A DNA stretch of 64,000 bases, from assembly GCA_048571215.1 (NCBI GenBank), contig CP182352.1, positions 832,001-896,000 of the forward strand, written 5' to 3'. A program made the position numbers and the translations under genes. Below are positions 58,748 through 64,000 of this stretch, piece by piece. How positions within the stretch are numbered: position 1 is the first letter of the stretch; every line of letters starts with the position of its first letter. The notes beneath the pieces are model-generated. The model was not told the origin of the DNA. It did no database searches and was given only the letters and a program-made list of their open reading frames with translations. Origin of the DNA: Halarcobacter sp. (GTDB lineage: Bacteria > Campylobacterota > Campylobacteria > Campylobacterales > Arcobacteraceae).

Positions 58748-61048
58748 ATGAAAAATCTGACAATTAAATCTAAACTTTTAATTATAGTCGTTACCACTAT
58801 ATTAGTAGTTTCAGCAATAATTGCAACAAAAGCAATATCGTCATTGTATCATTTAACTGATGAGTCGATAGAGTATTATACAAAGCAGGCTTATAAAAAT
58901 AAGGAAATAACTTTAAAAAATTATGTTTCTATGGCAACAAAAAGTGTGCAAAGTATTTATGATGATTACAAAAATGGTAAAATAACTGAACAAGAAGCTA
59001 AAAAAATCGCTATATCTACAGTTAAAAAATTAAGATTTGGAGAAGATGGTTACTTTTGGATAAATGACACTTCATCAAATATGTTAATGCATCCAATTTC
59101 AGAGAAACTAAATGGAACAAATGTCTCTGAACTAAAAGATACAAATGGAAAGAGGTTTTTTCAAGACTTAGTTGATAAGGTTAATAAAAATGGTAATGGA
59201 CTTATTGAATATTATTGGAACAAACCAGGATTTGATAAGCCACAACCTAAATATAGTTATGGAGAACTTTTTGAACCATGGAATTGGATTATTTGTACTG
59301 GAAGTTATTTAGATGATGTTGAAAAAAATATCAAAGTAATGGAAAATAGTGGACATTCTGATGTAAATGATGCCATTATATTTATGATGATAATAGTTGT
59401 AGGGGTTATTATTATAATCTCTTTAATTGTAATGTTTATTGCAAATAAAACTATAGTTCAACCTTTATCAAAATTAACAAGTACTGTTAAAGCCTTAACA
59501 AAATTTTCTAGTGCAGATCAAAAAATCAATATAACTTCAAAAGATGAGATTGGGGATTTGGCAAAATATTTTAATGAATATTTAGATTCAATTAGAAGGG
59601 TAGTTGCGCAAGATCAAAAAATAGTTGAAGAGAGTGAAAAAGCTATTGAGATGGTTAGGGCAGGTTTCTTCTCATATAAAGTTGAAAGTAGTTCAGATAA
59701 TAGATCAACAAATGATTTGAAAAATACTATAAATGCTTTAATTGAAGATTTAAGTGATAAGTTTGGTACTATAAGTAATGCCTTAACAGAGTATGGAAAA
59801 AGTAACTTTAATCATGATTTTGAAGTTAAAAATGTAAGTGGTACAATAGGTTCAATTGCTATTGGTACAAGATCAATTGGAGATAATGTATCTGAATTAT
59901 TAGCTACTATTTTAGTAAGTGGTGAGAGTTTAGCAAATACAATTGCTACTCTTACAACTTCAGCTAATTCACTTTCTAAGTCAGCAAATGAACAAGCTGC
60001 ATCATTAGAAGAAACAGCAGCTGCTGTTGAAGAGATAAATAGTAATATTCAAAACTCATCACAAAATATAAATAAGATGAAAACGATTGAAGATGGGGTA
60101 CTTGTCTCTGCTACAAAAGGTCAAGAACTTGCACATAAAACAGTAAGCTCAATGGATGAGATAAATGGACAAGTAAATGCTATTAATGAAGCTATTACAG
60201 TAATTGATCAAATTGCTTTCCAAACAAATATTCTTTCACTAAATGCAGCAGTAGAAGCAGCAACAGCAGGAGAAGCTGGTAAAGGGTTCGCAGTAGTTGC
60301 CCAAGAGGTTAGAAATCTAGCTTCAAGAAGTGCAGAGGCTGCAAAAGAGATTAAAGAATTAGTTGAAAATGCAACACTAAAAGCTAATGATGGTAAAAAA
60401 ATAGCTGATGATATGATAGTTGGTTATGATGAGTTGCAAAAAGCTATTAATGAAACAAAAGAGATAATAGATGATGTTGCAGGTGCAAGTAAGGAACAAG
60501 GTATTGGTATAGCACAGATTAATGATGCTATAAATGTCTTAGATAAAAATACCCAAGAAAATGCTAGTGATGCTACAAATATTGCAGAATTGTCAGCAGA
60601 AGTAAAAAGATTATCTGATGATCTAATCACTATTGCAAATAATGCAAAATTTAAATCAAAAGCTAGAGAACAAATATCAAATGTAAACTTAACAAATCAG
60701 TTAAATAATCTAAAACTACAACATGTAGTGTTTAAAGAGACTTCATTTAAGCTATTAAATGGTGATACTAAAGATAAAGTTGTTAAATCAGAAACTGAAT
60801 GTAATCTTGGTCATTGGATGATGGAAAGTGAAAAAGAGGGAAGATTTTTTACAAAAAGTTCTAATTGGGCTAAACTAAAAGATGCACATATAAAAGTACA
60901 TAAAGGTGTGCAAGAGTTTATTGATAAAGATAGTGAGCATGCAACAAATAAAGAACTAATTGATATAGGAAATAATATTGAAAGTTCAACAAAAATTGTT
61001 TTTGAGTGTTTAGACCAAATAAAAATTGATGCAAAACAGGAGGAATAA
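58748..61048 (+). CDS. Methyl-accepting chemotaxis protein: Cache-HAMP-MCP signal-CZB
   Basis: [30 protein letters not shown]-terminal H...CNLGHW...H...H. Confidence 0.92.
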   Translation: MKNLTIKSKLLIIVVTTILVVSAIIATKAISSLYHLTDESIEYYTKQAYKNKEITLKNYVSMATKSVQSIYDDYKNGKITEQEAKKIAISTVKKLRFGEDGYFWINDTSSNMLMHPISEKLNGTNVSELKDTNGKRFFQDLVDKVNKNGNGLIEYYWNKPGFDKPQPKYSYGELFEPWNWIICTGSYLDDVEKNIKVMENSGHSDVNDAIIFMMIIVVGVIIIISLIVMFIANKTIVQPLSKLTSTVKALTKFSSADQKINITSKDEIGDLAKYFNEYLDSIRRVVAQDQKIVEESEKAIEMVRAGFFSYKVESSSDNRSTNDLKNTINALIEDLSDKFGTISNALTEYGKSNFNHDFEVKNVSGTIGSIAIGTRSIGDNVSELLATILVSGESLANTIATLTTSANSLSKSANEQAASLEETAAAVEEINSNIQNSSQNINKMKTIEDGVLVSATKGQELAHKTVSSMDEINGQVNAINEAITVIDQIAFQTNILSLNAAVEAATAGEAGKGFAVVAQEVRNLASRSAEAAKEIKELVENATLKANDGKKIADDMIVGYDELQKAINETKEIIDDVAGASKEQGIGIAQINDAINVLDKNTQENASDATNIAELSAEVKRLSDDLITIANNAKFKSKAREQISNVNLTNQLNNLKLQHVVFKETSFKLLNGDTKDKVVKSETECNLGHWMMESEKEGRFFTKSSNWAKLKDAHIKVHKGVQEFIDKDSEHATNKELIDIGNNIESSTKIVFECLDQIKIDAKQEE

Positions 61049-61050
61049 CA

Positions 61051-61416
61051 ATGTATAAAATTGCGATAGTTGATGATGAAGTATCTATTCTAGAGGTATT
61101 AAATAAGTTTTTAAATAGAAGAAGTGAGTTAGAAATTGATCTTTTTGAAAACCCAAGTACTGCTTTTAGTCAGTTAAGTAGTGGTAAATATGATTTGATT
61201 ATTTCAGATATTATGATGCCACAAATGGATGGTGTTGAACTTTTAAGAAAAATAAAACAATCAAACCCGAAACAAAAAGTTATTATGATGACTGCATACT
61301 CTACTGAAGATAGACTTATTGAGTGTGATGAGCTTGGTGCAAATGATTATATTACAAAACCATTTATCTCTTTAAGAGATGTTGAAAATAAAGTTTTAGA
61401 CAATCTTGGAGTATAA
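61051..61416 (+). CDS. Single-domain response regulator
   Basis: VDDE, SDIMMP, MTA, KPF. Confidence 0.92.
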   Translation: MYKIAIVDDEVSILEVLNKFLNRRSELEIDLFENPSTAFSQLSSGKYDLIISDIMMPQMDGVELLRKIKQSNPKQKVIMMTAYSTEDRLIECDELGANDYITKPFISLRDVENKVLDNLGV

Positions 61417-61440
61417 AAGCTAGAGTTATTCTAGCTTTTA
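61414..61440 (+). terminator. Intrinsic terminator-like hairpin
   Basis: TAAAAGCTAGA-GTTAT-TCTAGCTTTTA. Confidence 0.65.
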
Positions 61441-61536
61441 TATCTCTATTTTAGCTCACTTAACAAATCTAAAGACTTCTTAACACCTTTTTAGATAAAA
61501 TCACAAATTATTAGAACAATATAAGGAATCTACTTA

Positions 61537-63072
61537 ATGAAACATGTACCAATAGTTGTATTAGATTTTGGTAGTCAATATACACAAATTATTGCAAGAA
61601 AACTTAGAGAAGCAGGCGTTTATTCAGAAATCGTGCCTTTTAGCGAAAGAATTGAAGATATCTTAGCTAGAACACCTAAAGGGATTATTCTAAGTGGTGG
61701 ACCAGCTTCTGTATATGCTATAGATGCATATCATCCTGATGAAGAGATATTTAACTTAGGTCTTCCTATTTTAGGTATTTGTTACGGTATGCAACTTATT
61801 TCACAATTTTTTGGTGGAAGTGTAATACCAGCAGACCATCACGAGTATGGAAAAGCAAAACTTACTTTTTCTAAAGAGTGTGATATCTTTAGAGACACAA
61901 ATGATGGACAAACAGTTTGGATGAGTCATGGAGATAGAGTTGAAAATATCCCTGCTGGTTTTGAAGTAATTGGAACAAGTGAAAACTCACCATTTGCAGC
62001 AATTGCAAATGAAGCAGAAAAAATCTTTGCTTTTCAATTTCATCCAGAAGTTTACCATTCAGAATGTGGTTCAAAAATACTTAAAAACTTTGCAAAATAT
62101 GTTTGTGATTGTGAAAGTACATGGAATATGGGATCTTTTGCAAAAGAACAAATTAAAAAAGTTCAAGAGCAAGTTGGAGATAAAAAAGTTCTTTGTGGAG
62201 TATCTGGAGGAGTTGATTCTTCTGTAGTAGCAACTCTTTTAGCTGAAGCTATTGGTGATCAATTAATACCTGTATTTGTAGATAATGGACTATTAAGAGC
62301 AAATGAAAGAGAACAAGTAGAAGCTATGTTTAAAAGTAGGGGTGTAAACCTTATCACTGTAGATGCTAGTGAAACTTTTCTTTCGAGATTGGCTGGTGTA
62401 ACAGACCCTGAAAAGAAAAGAAAAGTTATCGGTGAAACATTTATTCAAGTGTTTGACGAAGAAGCAAAAAAACATGATGGAATAGAGTTTTTAGCACAAG
62501 GTACACTTTATACTGATGTTATTGAATCAGTATCAGTAAAAGGACCATCAAAAACAATCAAATCACATCACAATGTAGGTGGACTACCTGATTGGATGAC
62601 TTTTGAGTTAATTGAACCATTAAGAGAAATCTTCAAAGATGAAGTAAGATTACTAGGACTAGAACTTGGACTTCCAAAAGATATGATCGGACGTCATCCA
62701 TTCCCTGGACCTGGACTTGCTATTAGAGTTATGGGAGATGTAAATAAACCTGACTTAGAGTTACTGAGACGTGCAGATACTATTATGTTAGATGTTTTAC
62801 ATGCAACAGGACAATATGATAAAACATGGCAAGCCTTCACAGTACTACTAAATGTAAAATCAGTAGGTGTAATGGGTGATAACAGAACTTATGATAACAC
62901 TGTATGTGTAAGAATAGTAGAAGCAACAGATGGTATGACGGCAACTTTTGCACATATACCACATGATATTTTAGAAACAATAAGTAGAAGAATTATCAAC
63001 GAAGTTGATGGGATTAATAGGGTGGTTTATGATATCTCATCTAAGCCACCAGCAACAATAGAATGGGAATAA
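61537..63072 (+). CDS. guaA: GMP synthase (glutamine-hydrolysing)
   Basis: [39 protein letters not shown]. Confidence 0.98.
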   Translation: MKHVPIVVLDFGSQYTQIIARKLREAGVYSEIVPFSERIEDILARTPKGIILSGGPASVYAIDAYHPDEEIFNLGLPILGICYGMQLISQFFGGSVIPADHHEYGKAKLTFSKECDIFRDTNDGQTVWMSHGDRVENIPAGFEVIGTSENSPFAAIANEAEKIFAFQFHPEVYHSECGSKILKNFAKYVCDCESTWNMGSFAKEQIKKVQEQVGDKKVLCGVSGGVDSSVVATLLAEAIGDQLIPVFVDNGLLRANEREQVEAMFKSRGVNLITVDASETFLSRLAGVTDPEKKRKVIGETFIQVFDEEAKKHDGIEFLAQGTLYTDVIESVSVKGPSKTIKSHHNVGGLPDWMTFELIEPLREIFKDEVRLLGLELGLPKDMIGRHPFPGPGLAIRVMGDVNKPDLELLRRADTIMLDVLHATGQYDKTWQAFTVLLNVKSVGVMGDNRTYDNTVCVRIVEATDGMTATFAHIPHDILETISRRIINEVDGINRVVYDISSKPPATIEWE

Positions 63073-63175
63073 AAGCGATAGCTTTTATTCATCTTGCACT
63101 AGATTTAGGTTCGAAGTACTTTTAGTACATCTTCACCTAAATCTAGCACAATCTAAACAAAATCTATCACTTTTA
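63070..63175. repeat. 106-bp palindromic element starting at the guaA stop codon
   Basis: Outer IR TAAAAGCGATAGCTTTTATT / AACAAAATCTATCACTTTTA (17/20); inner CTAGATTTAGGT / ACCTAAATCTAG; core GTAC-TTTTA-GTAC. Confidence 0.7.
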
Positions 63176-63238
63176 AAATTTTACTGCTTTATTCGAGGTT
63201 AGAACAATTTTCTAATGAAAGCTTTTCCTCGTTTTATT

Positions 63239-64000
63239 TTAAAAATCCAATGGACTTTTTATCTCATTTTTATTTAACTCTTTTACCACATGTGTATATA
63301 TCATTGTTGGTTCTATTGATTTATGTCCTAAAAGTTCTTGAATACTTCGTATATCTGTGCCAATTTGCAAAAGATGAGTGGCATAAGAGTGTCTAAAAAT
63401 ATGAGAGGTTACTCTTTTATCTATATTGGATTTTTCAACTGCATTTTTTATATTTCTACTTAAAGTTACATCTAAAATATGATGTCGTCTTTGTTCACTA
63501 CTCCTTGGGTCTTTAGAAATTTTATTCATAGGAAAAACATACTGCCATGTAGTTTCAAATTTTGCCTTTGGAAATTTTCGCTCTAGTGCATAGGGGATAT
63601 ATACACTACCATACCCATCGTTTAAATCTCTTTGATGTAGCTCTTTTACTTTCTGCACTTGAATTTTAAGTTCTTCCTTTATTTTTAATGGAAGTGGCAA
63701 GGTTCTATCTTTTAAGGATTTACTATCCCAAATATAGATTTTATCGTATCCGAAATCAATGTCTTTTATGTGTATATTCTGAACCTCACTCATCCTCAAA
63801 CCACATCCATACATAAGTTTTACCATAAGTTGATATATACCTTTCATATTTAGAATGATATTTTTAACTTCCTCTATAGTAAGCACTATAGGAATATGTT
63901 TTCTCTCTTGAGCTCTTAATGCCTGTATGTTTTCATTTTTTAACGATATATTTAAAACCTGTTCATATAAAAATAATATTGCATTGAAAGCTTGATTCTG
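63239..64000 (-). CDS. intI: Integron integrase (5' end beyond window)
   Basis: Frame stays open to 64000 ([12 protein letters not shown]); YGCGLR, KDR, IntI-specific insert [20 protein letters not shown]...[30 protein letters not shown]. Confidence 0.9.
   Translation of the reverse strand, partial: QNQAFNAILFLYEQVLNISLKNENIQALRAQERKHIPIVLTIEEVKNIILNMKGIYQLMVKLMYGCGLRMSEVQNIHIKDIDFGYDKIYIWDSKSLKDRTLPLPLKIKEELKIQVQKVKELHQRDLNDGYGSVYIPYALERKFPKAKFETTWQYVFPMNKISKDPRSSEQRRHHILDVTLSRNIKNAVEKSNIDKRVTSHIFRHSYATHLLQIGTDIRSIQELLGHKSIEPTMIYTHVVKELNKNEIKSPLDF

Noticed and set aside
573..62475. Numerous short ORF-track entries overlapping longer genes, antisense or in another frame (e.g. 573-914, 6767-7060, 12262-12663, 20779-21108, 41974-42297, 61970-62227)
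   Set aside because: They are shadows of well-supported genes, with no motifs or RBS.
63070..63238. attC site next to intI
   Set aside because: No properly placed RYYYAAC...GTTRRRY pair bounding the palindrome, and it lies downstream of intI rather than on the attI side.

Overview
AT-rich chromosomal window that looks like Campylobacterota, most likely Arcobacteraceae (inferred from gene content and protein style). The backbone is housekeeping: pyrD, msbA, murJ, ybeY, radA, ftsY, rny, rsmD, nadB, nhaD, guaA. Accessory or unusual parts: (1) an ~8.8 kb decaying integrative element (30302-39084) bounded by a 20-bp att repeat in the 3' end of a TIGR02757-family gene. It carries a broken tyrosine integrase, putative arm-site repeats, a relaxase remnant, a membrane-anchored TPR/Sel1-like repeat protein with an IS256 in its stop codon, and a NERD-nuclease/SF1-helicase plus small partner (candidate defence system). 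(2) The strongest candidate for an uncharacterised system, a four-gene convergent cluster (44048-52421): a FecR-domain protein ending in a TbpB-like barrel motif, a Slam/type XI-like TPR beta-barrel, a CHASE2 adenylate cyclase, and a class II cAMP phosphodiesterase-GAF-HD-GYP fusion. Together these suggest surface-to-cAMP/c-di-nucleotide signalling. (3) An integron integrase downstream of guaA that runs off the window end. (4) Two long ERIC-like palindromes overlapping the stop codons of rny and guaA. (5) tsdA with a three-component regulatory set, and an uncalled 41-aa LptM/YifL-like lipoprotein. No rRNA, tRNA or CRISPR array was recognised. All family calls come from recognising motifs by eye; no database searches were run.
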